Below the pieces are notes generated by a model. The model made no database searches, was not told where the DNA came from, and saw only the letters and a list, made by a program, of their open reading frames with translations. From contig JBEGVB010000052.1 of the NCBI GenBank assembly GCA_041178545.1, positions 37,850 through 101,849 of the forward strand: a DNA stretch of 64,000 nt, read 5' to 3'. The stretch comes from Planctomycetota bacterium (GTDB lineage: Bacteria; Planctomycetota; UBA1135; UBA2386). Position numbers and translations under genes: made by a program. Positions within the stretch are counted from its first letter, which is position 1; every line of letters begins with the position of its first letter. Below are positions 16,853-25,408 of this stretch, in pieces.

Positions 16853-18187
16853 TCACGCGCGCTCGCCCACCTGCAGCACGGCCACGTAGCCGCCGTCGCA
16901 CGCGCCCGCGACCGGGAGGGTCAGCCGTTCCGAGAGCAGCACCACGCCGGGTCGGAGGACCGAGCGCACGACCTGTTCGTTCTCCTCAGGCTCGATGGAG
17001 CAGGTCGAGTAGGCGACCCGACCGCCGGGCCGGACGAGTGCGACAGCCTGTTCCAGCAGCTCGCGCTGCACGGCGGTCAGCTCGCGGACCGCTGCCTCGG
17101 TGATGCGGTGGCGGACCTCGACGCGGCGGCCGAGCACGCCACTGTTGGAGCACGGCACGTCGGCAAGCACGGCATCGGCGCGGGGCAGCAGCGATGCGTC
17201 CTCCACCACGGTGACGCGGTCGCCGAAGTGCAGCCGGGCGACGTTCTCGCGGATGCGCTGGCAGCGCAGCGGGTCGACGTCGTGCGCATGCACGTGCCCG
17301 CCCGGACCGACCTTCTCGGCCAGGAGCATGGTCTTGGTGCCTGGCGCGGCGCAGAGGTCGACCACCGTCTCGCCGGGAAGGACGGCAAGCGCCTCGGCCG
17401 CGCGCAGTGCGGTCGGGTCCTGCACCACGCACCAGCCCTCGCGCCAGGCGCGCGTGGCGAACGGCGACTCCCCACCGGTCCAGCGCAGCACGGAAGGATG
17501 GTCGGTGGGCCCGGTGCGCACGCCGTCGACGGCAAGCTGTTCGCGAAGCCGCTCGGCGCTGCCCGCATGCTCGGTGGCACGCAGGTGGACGTGCGGCACC
17601 GTGCTGCATGCCTCGCACACCGACGCAGCCCGCTCGCCGTGCACTGCACGCCAGCGGGCGACCAACCAGTCGGGGAGCGAGTGGCGCACGGCCAGCGGGT
17701 CGTGTGCGGCGAACAACGGGCCGAGTCCCGGTGACTCCAGCACGAGCGTGCGGGCAGCTCCGACCGGCACCTCGGTGGCAGGGAGAGACGGGTCGGCAGG
17801 GCGGTCGACCAGGTTCCTGGCGATGCTGCGCAGCATGGCGTTGGCAAACGCCTGGTTGCGGTGCAGGAGTGCGACGGTCTCGTGCACCGCAGCGTGCGCG
17901 GGCATGCCGGGCACCATCAGCAGCTGGAAGGCGCCGAGCCGGATCGCGCACAGCAACGCGGGATCCTTGGGCATGCCGCGGTGCGCAAAGGTGGCGAGGA
18001 TGGCGTCCAGCCAGCGCTCGTTGCGCACCACGCCGTGTGCGAGCTCCCAGGCAAACGCCATGTCCCTCGGCGGCAGACGTTCACCGGGAGCACGGAATCC
18101 CCGCTCCAGTGCCTCGCGGACACGTTGGCACCTGCCCTGCTCGAGCTGCAGGAGTGCACGGAAGGCGACAGCGCGGCTCGTCGTCAT
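16853..18187 (-). CDS. rsmB: 16S rRNA (cytosine967-C5)-methyltransferase RsmB/Sun
   Basis: NusB-like N-terminal domain plus a SAM methyltransferase domain (DLCAAPGTKT, DVPCSNSGVLGRR, YSTCSIEPEENE). Located directly downstream of fmt, as in many bacteria. Confidence 0.9.
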   Translation of the reverse strand: MTTSRAVAFRALLQLEQGRCQRVREALERGFRAPGERLPPRDMAFAWELAHGVVRNERWLDAILATFAHRGMPKDPALLCAIRLGAFQLLMVPGMPAHAAVHETVALLHRNQAFANAMLRSIARNLVDRPADPSLPATEVPVGAARTLVLESPGLGPLFAAHDPLAVRHSLPDWLVARWRAVHGERAASVCEACSTVPHVHLRATEHAGSAERLREQLAVDGVRTGPTDHPSVLRWTGGESPFATRAWREGWCVVQDPTALRAAEALAVLPGETVVDLCAAPGTKTMLLAEKVGPGGHVHAHDVDPLRCQRIRENVARLHFGDRVTVVEDASLLPRADAVLADVPCSNSGVLGRRVEVRHRITEAAVRELTAVQRELLEQAVALVRPGGRVAYSTCSIEPEENEQVVRSVLRPGVVLLSERLTLPVAGACDGGYVAVLQVGERA

Positions 18188-18199
18188 GGCCGCGCCAAC

Positions 18200-19144
18200 T
18201 CAGCCGAACCGCGCGTCGGGAGCGATCGAGTGGCCGCGCACGAACTCGCCTGCGGTCATGTTGCGACCGTTGTCCGGCTTGATGCGCGTGATGCGGAACA
18301 ACCCCTTGCCCGTGCAGACGCGGATCCCCTCCTCGCCTGCGGACTGGATCGCACCCGGGATGCCCATGCCGTAGTTGTCGGGCTCGACCACGCCCTCCAT
18401 GACGAAGAAGCGGCGCGCCCCGAGGCGGGTCTGTGCACCCGGCTTCGGCGTCATCGCCCGCACCAGCAGGTCCACGTCGGTCGCAGGTGCCTTCCAGTCG
18501 ATGATGCCGTGCACCTTCTCGACCTTCGGCGCGTAGGTGGCCTTCTTTGCGTCCTGCTTGCGGTAGGCATCCTTGCCCGCCTCGACCAGCTCGATCGCGC
18601 GCACGAGCGCCTTGCCGCTCAGCTGGGCGAGGCGCTCGCGCAGGACACCGGAGTTCTCGTTGGGCCCGATCGGCGTCTCCTCCACGAGGAGGATGTCGCC
18701 GGCATCGAGCTCCGGGACGATCCGCATGATGGTCACGCCCGTGACCTTGTCGCCCTGGCGGATGGCGTGCTGCACGGGTGCTGCACCGCGGTACTTGGGC
18801 AGCAGGGATGCGTGGGCGTTGAGCAGTCCGCGCGGCGCGATCGTGAGCAGGTCGTGCTTCAGGATCACGCCGTAGCTGATGACGATGCCGAGGTCCGGCT
18901 TCAGGTCGCGCAGCTGCTGGACGAACTCGGGCGCGTGCGGGTCCTCGGGCTGGGCACAGGGCAGGCCCAGCTCCTCGGCAGCGGCCTTCACCTCGGCCTC
19001 GTACACCTTGCGGCCACGGCCGCGTGGTGCGTCGGGCTTGGTCACCACCAGCAGCGGGCTGCAGCCGGACTCCTTCATCACACGCAGTGCCGGGATGGCA
19101 AAGTCGCTGCTGCCGAAGAAGAGGATGCGGAGCTTGCTGGTCAC
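18200..19144 (-). CDS. fmt: Methionyl-tRNA formyltransferase
   Basis: Frame of track ORF 18200..19567. GTG at 19144 gives VTSKLRILFFGSSDFAIP. NAHASLLPKYRGAAPVQHAI is the formyltransferase signature. An alternative ATG lies at 19189. Confidence 0.9.
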   Translation of the reverse strand: MTSKLRILFFGSSDFAIPALRVMKESGCSPLLVVTKPDAPRGRGRKVYEAEVKAAAEELGLPCAQPEDPHAPEFVQQLRDLKPDLGIVISYGVILKHDLLTIAPRGLLNAHASLLPKYRGAAPVQHAIRQGDKVTGVTIMRIVPELDAGDILLVEETPIGPNENSGVLRERLAQLSGKALVRAIELVEAGKDAYRKQDAKKATYAPKVEKVHGIIDWKAPATDVDLLVRAMTPKPGAQTRLGARRFFVMEGVVEPDNYGMGIPGAIQSAGEEGIRVCTGKGLFRITRIKPDNGRNMTAGEFVRGHSIAPDARFG

Positions 19145-19200
19145 GAGTGCGGAAAGATGTTGGGCGAGCAAGGTACCTGCGGCCAACATGCCCTGCAAAC

Positions 19201-20013
19201 GTGGACCCAGACCAAGTTGCCGCACGACTGCCAGCGCTCGAGGACCTGCAACTCGTCGACTTCGAGCCCGCAGCCGTGCGGCGCGTGCGTGTGTTCGGTG
19301 CCACGGCAGAACTCGCGTGGATCCCTTCGCGCGCAGCGCGCGCAGGACAGCCCGGGCCGGACCGGCCGGCGTTCCGCGCCGATGCCGCGGAACGCATCCT
19401 GGCCCACGAGACATTGCACCGCGATGGCGCATTCTCGGTGACTCCCAACCGCTTCCCGTTCGCGCAGCGCCTTGCGCTGCTCTGGGCTGTTCCAGCCCAA
19501 CGCGAGGCCTCGGTGGAGCTGTTGGCGGCGGCGTTCGCATGGGCGCGGCGCCACGACGGGACCGCACTGGTCAACTCGATCGGCGCCGCGTCGTCGATCG
19601 CGCGCGCCCACGTGCACGTGACCGTGGAACAGCTGCCCTTCCTCGACGAGCTGGACGAGCTGCCGCTCGCGGGCGACTGGCTGCCGCGCGTCGAAGGCGT
19701 GCAGTTCGTGCGCAAGCGCCTGCCCTGCTGGTTCGTGGGCGCCCGCGGCGACGTGGCGCAGGTGGCAAGGGCGCTGCATGCGCTGCAGCTGCGGCGCTCG
19801 AGTGCGGCAGCCACGGTGGTCGCGTGCGGCGAGACGGCATGGCTGGTGCCCCGCACGCTGGAGACCGCGCCCGGCTTCCCGCACCCTCTTGGTTCGGCCG
19901 AGGCCTGGGGACGTTGGTGCTACCTGCGCGAGGAGGACTGGGCACGCGCAGAGCCCGCGCAGCTGGAGTCGGCCCTGGTGGCGAGCGGCATGCCGTACGC
20001 AGCCGGCACCTGA
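19201..20013 (+). CDS. HIT-superfamily-like protein (AHVHV histidine-triad-like motif), function unknown
   Basis: Frame of track ORF 19024..20013. The start is uncertain (GTG 19201 or GTG 19147) because the 5' end would overlap fmt. VNSIGAASSIARAHVHVT resembles the HIT/GalT-branch nucleotide-binding motif. GC3 is high. Confidence 0.4.
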   Translation: MDPDQVAARLPALEDLQLVDFEPAAVRRVRVFGATAELAWIPSRAARAGQPGPDRPAFRADAAERILAHETLHRDGAFSVTPNRFPFAQRLALLWAVPAQREASVELLAAAFAWARRHDGTALVNSIGAASSIARAHVHVTVEQLPFLDELDELPLAGDWLPRVEGVQFVRKRLPCWFVGARGDVAQVARALHALQLRRSSAAATVVACGETAWLVPRTLETAPGFPHPLGSAEAWGRWCYLREEDWARAEPAQLESALVASGMPYAAGT

Positions 20014-20014
20014 C

Positions 20015-20986
20015 TCAGGCCAGCGCCTCGCCCTCGGCAGCCTCGCTGTCGCCGGCCTCGTTCCCGGTGGCCGACGGCTCCGCGTCGTCCGAGGAATCCT
20101 CCGTCGGCAGGTCTGCCGAAGCATCCTCCACGGCGCTCGCGACCGAGGCACCGTCGGTGGCGCTGCGGCCGTCGGCAAGCGCTGCGGCCGCCGCCGCCTC
20201 GGCGGCCAGCTGGCGCTCCTCCTCCGCGCTGATGCCCGCGAGGATCTCGTCGGCCGTCACCTCCTCGGAGCCACGGTAGGCGAGCTGGATGTCGCCGAAG
20301 CACTGCTCCTGGTGTGCACGCAGGTAGCCCTGCTTCATCATCTCGAGCAGCGCGATGAGCGTGCCGATCATGCCGTAGCGGCCCTCCTGCGGGTCGAACA
20401 CCTCGCGGAAGGTCACCTCGCGGCGGGCCTTGAACACCGTGAGCAGCTTGCGCGTGTAGAAGCCGACGTCCCGCTTCTCGCGCTCGATGTGCATCGTCTG
20501 CTGGGTGCCGATCTCCTCCAGCAGCCGTGCGAACGCGGAGGTGAGGTCCCAGACCTGCACGTTGCCGATGTCGAGCTGGTCCTGTTCGTCCTCGTCGGCA
20601 AGGTGGCTGGGCACCGCCACCACCAGGGGAGCCTGCTTCGACCGACGCTCGGCACGGCCCTCCAGCTGGCGGGCGAGGTCGCGGTAGCGCTTGTACTCCA
20701 GCAGCCTGCGGATCAGGTCGTCGCGCGGGTCGAGCTCCTCCTCGATCTCGACGGCCTCCGTCGGCAGCAGCTCGCGCGACTTGATCTCCATGAGCGTGGA
20801 GGCCATCACGACGAAGTCGCCGATGTCCTGCAGGTCCAGCTCGCGCAACACCTCGAGGTGCTTGAGGTAGTCCTCGAGGATCCGGGCCACCGAGATCTCG
20901 TGGATGTCCACCTCCTGCTGCCGCACGAGGTGCAGCAACAGGTCCATGGGGCCGGAGAAGACGGGCAGTTCGACGCGGTAGGACAC
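20015..20986 (-). CDS. scpA: Segregation and condensation protein A (kleisin) with an acidic C-terminal tail
   Basis: FSGPMDLLLHLVRQQEVDIHEISVARI...LMEIKSRELLP is the ScpA signature N-terminus. Confidence 0.9.
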   Translation of the reverse strand: MSYRVELPVFSGPMDLLLHLVRQQEVDIHEISVARILEDYLKHLEVLRELDLQDIGDFVVMASTLMEIKSRELLPTEAVEIEEELDPRDDLIRRLLEYKRYRDLARQLEGRAERRSKQAPLVVAVPSHLADEDEQDQLDIGNVQVWDLTSAFARLLEEIGTQQTMHIEREKRDVGFYTRKLLTVFKARREVTFREVFDPQEGRYGMIGTLIALLEMMKQGYLRAHQEQCFGDIQLAYRGSEEVTADEILAGISAEEERQLAAEAAAAAALADGRSATDGASVASAVEDASADLPTEDSSDDAEPSATGNEAGDSEAAEGEALA

Positions 20987-21024
20987 GGCTCGCGCAGTGT
21001 AGCCGCGCAGCGTGTCGCGGGACG

Positions 21025-22023
21025 GTGCGAGGTGCTAATCTCCCGCGCTCCATGGACCCGAGGATCCAGCGCGGCAGGCAGATCATCGCCCACGGCGCAT
21101 CGGCCCTGCAGCAGGTTGCCGATCGCCTCGACGACGGGTTCCGCAGCGCGGTGGAGCGCATCCTCGGGCTCAGGGGCCGCGTGGTCACCACGGGCATGGG
21201 CAAGGCGGGCATCGTGGCCAACAAGGTCTCGGCCACGCTCGCGTCCACCGGCACGCCCTCCATCCACCTCCACCCCGCGGAGGCGATCCACGGCGACCTG
21301 GGCCGCCTCACCGAGGGCGACCTGTGCCTCGCCTTCAGCAAGTCGGGGGAGACGGGCGAGTTGCTGGTGTTGCTGCCGCACGTGAAGGCGTGTGCCGTGC
21401 CCATCGTCAGCATCACGCAGAGCCGCACGTCCACCCTCGGTCGCCACAGCGACATCGTGCTGGAGCTGGGGCCGATCGAGGAGTCGGGCCCCTTTGCCCT
21501 CGCACCGAGCGCGTCCACCAGCGCCATGATGGCCCTCGGCGACGCACTGGCGCTCGTGGTGCAGGAGGGCCGGAAGTTCGGGCCCGAGGACTTCGCGCGC
21601 TTCCACCCCGGCGGCGACCTCGGCCGGAAGCTGCTCAAGGTGGGCGAGATGATGCGCACCGGCGAGCGCAACCCGGTCGTGCGGTGTGGCTCGACGCTAC
21701 TGGAGGCCATCGGGGTGATGACGCGCACCCCGGGCCGGCCAGGCGCCACGAGCATCGTCGACACGGAAGGCCGCCTGGTCGGGTTCTTCACCGACGGCGA
21801 CCTGCGCCGGCTCATCGAGCGCGGGCTCACCAGCCCACGCGAGATCGCCGTCGACGAGGTGATGACGCGCAACCCGCGCACGATCGGCACCGACACGTTC
21901 GCCCTCGAGGCGCTCGCGCTGCTCTCGCAGCGCAGCCTCGACCAGATGCCGGTGGTGGACGAGTCCGGCAGGCTGCTGGGACTGCTCGACGTGCAGGACC
22001 TGCTCAACCTCAAGATCGGATGA
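21025..22023 (+). CDS. kdsD: Arabinose-5-phosphate isomerase (KpsF/GutQ/KdsD; SIS domain plus tandem CBS)
   Basis: GRVVTTGMGKAGIVANKVSATLASTGTPSIHLHPAEAIHGDLG SIS motif, with a C-terminal CBS pair. The track start is GTG 21025; an alternative ATG lies at 21052. Confidence 0.9.
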   Translation: MRGANLPRSMDPRIQRGRQIIAHGASALQQVADRLDDGFRSAVERILGLRGRVVTTGMGKAGIVANKVSATLASTGTPSIHLHPAEAIHGDLGRLTEGDLCLAFSKSGETGELLVLLPHVKACAVPIVSITQSRTSTLGRHSDIVLELGPIEESGPFALAPSASTSAMMALGDALALVVQEGRKFGPEDFARFHPGGDLGRKLLKVGEMMRTGERNPVVRCGSTLLEAIGVMTRTPGRPGATSIVDTEGRLVGFFTDGDLRRLIERGLTSPREIAVDEVMTRNPRTIGTDTFALEALALLSQRSLDQMPVVDESGRLLGLLDVQDLLNLKIG

Positions 22024-22589
22024 GCACACCCTCCGGCCATGAACCGCGTGGCGCAGGCAGGCCGCTGCCACCGCAGGCGCAGCTGGCGGCCGTCCGCTGG
22101 CTGCTGCTCGACGTGGACGGCGTGCTCACCGACGGACGCGTGCACTTCGACGCCGAGGGCCGTGAGTACAAGAGCTTCCACGTGCACGATGCGGCAGGCA
22201 TCGTCTACTGGCACCGCAGCGGCGGCATGAGCGGGTTCGTGTCCGGGCGCGGCGGCGAAATGGTGCTGCGGCGTGCGCGCGAACTGGGCGTGCACGAGGT
22301 GCACCTCGGTCGCACCGACAAGGGCACGGTCCTCGACGAACTGGTCGAGCGGCTCGGCATCGACCTCGCCCAGGTCGCCTACGTCGGCGACGACCTGCTC
22401 GACCTCCCGGTGCTCACGCGCGTCGGCTTCGCGGCCACGGTCCCGGAGGGACGGCCCGAGGTGAAGGCGGTGTGCCACTGGGTGGCACAGCGTCCTGCTG
22501 GCTTCGGCGCCGTGCGCGACGTGGTCGAGCTGCTGCTGCGCGCCCGGGGCGCGTGGGACGGCATCGTGGCGAGGTCCGGGCGACCGTGA
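22020..22589 (+). CDS. kdsC: 3-deoxy-D-manno-octulosonate-8-phosphate phosphatase (HAD family)
   Basis: ATG 22020 overlaps the kdsD stop (ATGA). LLLDVDGVLTDGRV...YVGDDLLDLPV are HAD motifs of the KdsC type. Confidence 0.85.
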   Translation: MSTPSGHEPRGAGRPLPPQAQLAAVRWLLLDVDGVLTDGRVHFDAEGREYKSFHVHDAAGIVYWHRSGGMSGFVSGRGGEMVLRRARELGVHEVHLGRTDKGTVLDELVERLGIDLAQVAYVGDDLLDLPVLTRVGFAATVPEGRPEVKAVCHWVAQRPAGFGAVRDVVELLLRARGAWDGIVARSGRP

Positions 22590-25408
22590 AGAAGCTGCTG
22601 GTCTTCCTCATCCTCTTGCTCGGCGGCTTCGCAGGGCTGTGGCTCGCCCTCGGCGGCGAGAGCTTCGGTCGCGTGCAGGAGCCGGCTGCTGCTGGCCCCA
22701 CCACGCAGGAGCCTTCCACCGACAAGGTCACGGTGCAGGGCCAGGGCATGGACGTGGGCATCGAGTTCCGCGGTGCCCTGCAGCTGCGGCCCACGCGTCT
22801 CGTGCGCGAAGGCGCGGTCGAGCGCCGCATCCCCGTGTACGAGCTGCGCTGCGAGGACAGCGCTCCGGTTTCGCCCGGCGTCCAGCGGCTGGACCGCGTG
22901 GCCGTGAAGCTGTTCGACCGTGGCGCACACGTGGCAGACCTGACCGCTGACGAGGCCGAGGTCGCGCTGGACCGGGATGCCAACGGACGCCCCTCGCTGC
23001 GCGAGGACAAGGAGCTTGCACTGCGCAAGGCGCTGCTGGTCGGCGTGCCCGGTGGCCAGCTGGGCAACCTGCGCCTCGAGCTCGAGGTGGTGAGGGCCCT
23101 GGTGCGGGATTCCGGCCTCGAGCTCTTCACGCCGCAGCCCACCGACCCGGTGGTGCTCGTGATCGAGGGCGAACGTGGCGGCAGGCTGCGGGGCCGCGGG
23201 TTGCGCGCAATGCTGCCGCGCGGCGCAGGCGAACGGATGGAACGCGTGACGATCGACGTGCTCTCGGAGCCGGAGATCGTGACCGCGGACACGCGCATCG
23301 AGGCGCGCGGCACCCTGCGCTACGAGGAAGACCTTGCCGCAGGTACGGCCACGGTCCGGGTCCGCGACCAGGTGGTGCTGCGTCTCACCGGCCGCACCGA
23401 CGAGAGCTCGTCCGACCCCGAGGTCGTGGTGCGCGGCGACGTGTTGACTGCATGGGTCGTGCGCGACCGCGGCGGTGAGGCACAGCAGGGCAGGCCGAGG
23501 ACTCGGTGGCGCATGCTGCACCTCGAGGGCTCCCCCGCCCGCGCCGAGGGACGCGACCTGGTGGCGATGAGCAGGTCGTTCGACGTGCTCCCGGGTGCCG
23601 ACGGCAGGCCCTGGCTGGTGCGCGGGTCCGGCGGCGACAGCCGCGCCGAGCGTGCGGGTGCGGACGGCGGGTCCTTCGCGGCCGCGCGCTCCATGCACCT
23701 CGTACGCCCCGGCTCGCAGCTCGTGCCGTTGCACCGCGCCATGGGGTTCCCGGCATGGTCGCTGCGGCAGCTCGAGACCCTCGAGCTGACCACCTTCGAG
23801 GGCCGCACGCAGGCGCGCGCACGCGGCGCGGAGCTGGATGCCTCGGACGGCATGTGGGTCGCGCGCGGCTCCCGCGATGCCGCCGCACCCGTGGTCAGCA
23901 GTGGCCGGGGCACCGTCCACGTGGTGCAGTCCGACGGCCCGCAGACGGTCGTGCTGGACGGCAGCGACGGGTTCTTGCTGGTGCGGGACGGCACGCGCGA
24001 CACGGTGACCATGGGCAGCCCCGACCGCACGGACCATGCCTGGCGCCTGGTGCGCGGCGAGCAGCGCATCGAGGGACGTGGCGCATGTGACGTGACGCGG
24101 CTTGCCGACGGCACGACCACGTTCTTGCTGCGCAGCCGCGAACCCACCATCGCCGGTTCGATGGGCGAGGGCGGCAGCAGCTTCCGTGGCGCGACCGAGG
24201 CGGCTGGCAGCACTGCAGGAGCCGAACTCGTGGCGCTCGACGCCAGCGGCCCGCAGCTCGAGGCCAGCTTCGTACGCGGTACCGAGGTCGTGCAGGCAAC
24301 CGGCCGACGCATCGTGCAGGAGGACCCCCGCAACTGGGTGCTGCACGGCAGCGCCGGGCAGCCTGCCGCACTGGTGCGGACCGACCGCGCCGAGCCGGGA
24401 CAGCGTGCAGCCCTGCGGGGCCTGCAGCTGCGCGTGCACCGCCACGGCCCGCGTTCCCTCGGTCTGGAGGCCATCGCAACCGAGGGAGTCCGTCCCACGG
24501 TGCAACTCCACGACGGCACCGACCCCGCGCGGGTGGTCGACCTCGACCTCGAGGCCGGTCGCATCCGCCTGCTGCCCTTTGCCGTCGCACCCCAGGCTGC
24601 GGCGGCGCACGGTCTCGGCGGCAGCACGGCCCGGCTCCTCGCGGGGAGCGCCTTCTCCTCGGCATGGGTGCTGGCGGACGAACAGGTGGACTTCCGCGTG
24701 CAGGAGGGACCCGACTCCACGGTCGGTGGCAGGGGCGCTCGCCTCGCGTTGGCGCTGCAATCGCTCTCGGGCACCCTGCTGGGCGACGCGGCGACGAACT
24801 CCCTCGCGCTGTTCACCCGCAGCGAGCCCGGTGGCCGTACGACCGTCGCCGAGGCGCCCCGGGTCCAGTTCGGGCGCGGCGAAGCCGACCGCCTCGTGAT
24901 GCTGCCCACGTGGGACGCTGGCGAGGCGCGCGTCCAGCCGAGACTCACGTTGCGCGATCCCAAGGGCCCGAACCGCGACCTGCGCGACCTCGCCGGGACG
25001 TGCGAGGGCGAGATCGAGGTGCTGCCCGACCGCGTCGACTTCCGCGGCCCCTCCCGCATCGAGGGCCTCGATGCAGGGGGTGCCGTCGACCCGGACGGCA
25101 TGCGACTGGTGGCGCGCAGCCTCGCCTTGCTGCGCGACGGCCAAACCGGCGCCGTCGCCAAGGTCGTGGCAAACACCATCGACCTCGACTGGTCCCGCAT
25201 CCGTGCGCGGGCCGAGTCGATGGATCTCGACCTCGCAACCACAGTCTGTACCGTGCGCGACGAGCGCGGTGCGGAGGTGTGGTTGCCCGACGGGCGCTAC
25301 GTCCGTGCACGCCAGGTGGCGGCCAACTACACGACCCTTGCACTGACCCTGTGGCAGCACGAGATCCAGCAGCGGCGCGAAGAGATGCCGCAGGAGCCCC
25401 GCCGGTGA
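22586..25408 (+). CDS. Large (940 aa) membrane-anchored periplasmic protein, putatively built of LptC/LptA (OstA)-like beta-jellyroll repeats
   Basis: GTG 22586 overlaps the kdsC stop (GTGA). N-terminal TM VKKLLVFLILLLGGFAGLWLAL. Recurring ...A(D/R)xxxxxx...G.V... strand patterns such as MRLVARSLALLRDGQTGAVAKVVANTIDLDW. It occupies the position taken by lptC/lptA in enterobacterial kdsD-kdsC operons. The domain call comes from pattern only. Confidence 0.45.
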   Translation: MKKLLVFLILLLGGFAGLWLALGGESFGRVQEPAAAGPTTQEPSTDKVTVQGQGMDVGIEFRGALQLRPTRLVREGAVERRIPVYELRCEDSAPVSPGVQRLDRVAVKLFDRGAHVADLTADEAEVALDRDANGRPSLREDKELALRKALLVGVPGGQLGNLRLELEVVRALVRDSGLELFTPQPTDPVVLVIEGERGGRLRGRGLRAMLPRGAGERMERVTIDVLSEPEIVTADTRIEARGTLRYEEDLAAGTATVRVRDQVVLRLTGRTDESSSDPEVVVRGDVLTAWVVRDRGGEAQQGRPRTRWRMLHLEGSPARAEGRDLVAMSRSFDVLPGADGRPWLVRGSGGDSRAERAGADGGSFAAARSMHLVRPGSQLVPLHRAMGFPAWSLRQLETLELTTFEGRTQARARGAELDASDGMWVARGSRDAAAPVVSSGRGTVHVVQSDGPQTVVLDGSDGFLLVRDGTRDTVTMGSPDRTDHAWRLVRGEQRIEGRGACDVTRLADGTTTFLLRSREPTIAGSMGEGGSSFRGATEAAGSTAGAELVALDASGPQLEASFVRGTEVVQATGRRIVQEDPRNWVLHGSAGQPAALVRTDRAEPGQRAALRGLQLRVHRHGPRSLGLEAIATEGVRPTVQLHDGTDPARVVDLDLEAGRIRLLPFAVAPQAAAAHGLGGSTARLLAGSAFSSAWVLADEQVDFRVQEGPDSTVGGRGARLALALQSLSGTLLGDAATNSLALFTRSEPGGRTTVAEAPRVQFGRGEADRLVMLPTWDAGEARVQPRLTLRDPKGPNRDLRDLAGTCEGEIEVLPDRVDFRGPSRIEGLDAGGAVDPDGMRLVARSLALLRDGQTGAVAKVVANTIDLDWSRIRARAESMDLDLATTVCTVRDERGAEVWLPDGRYVRARQVAANYTTLALTLWQHEIQQRREEMPQEPRR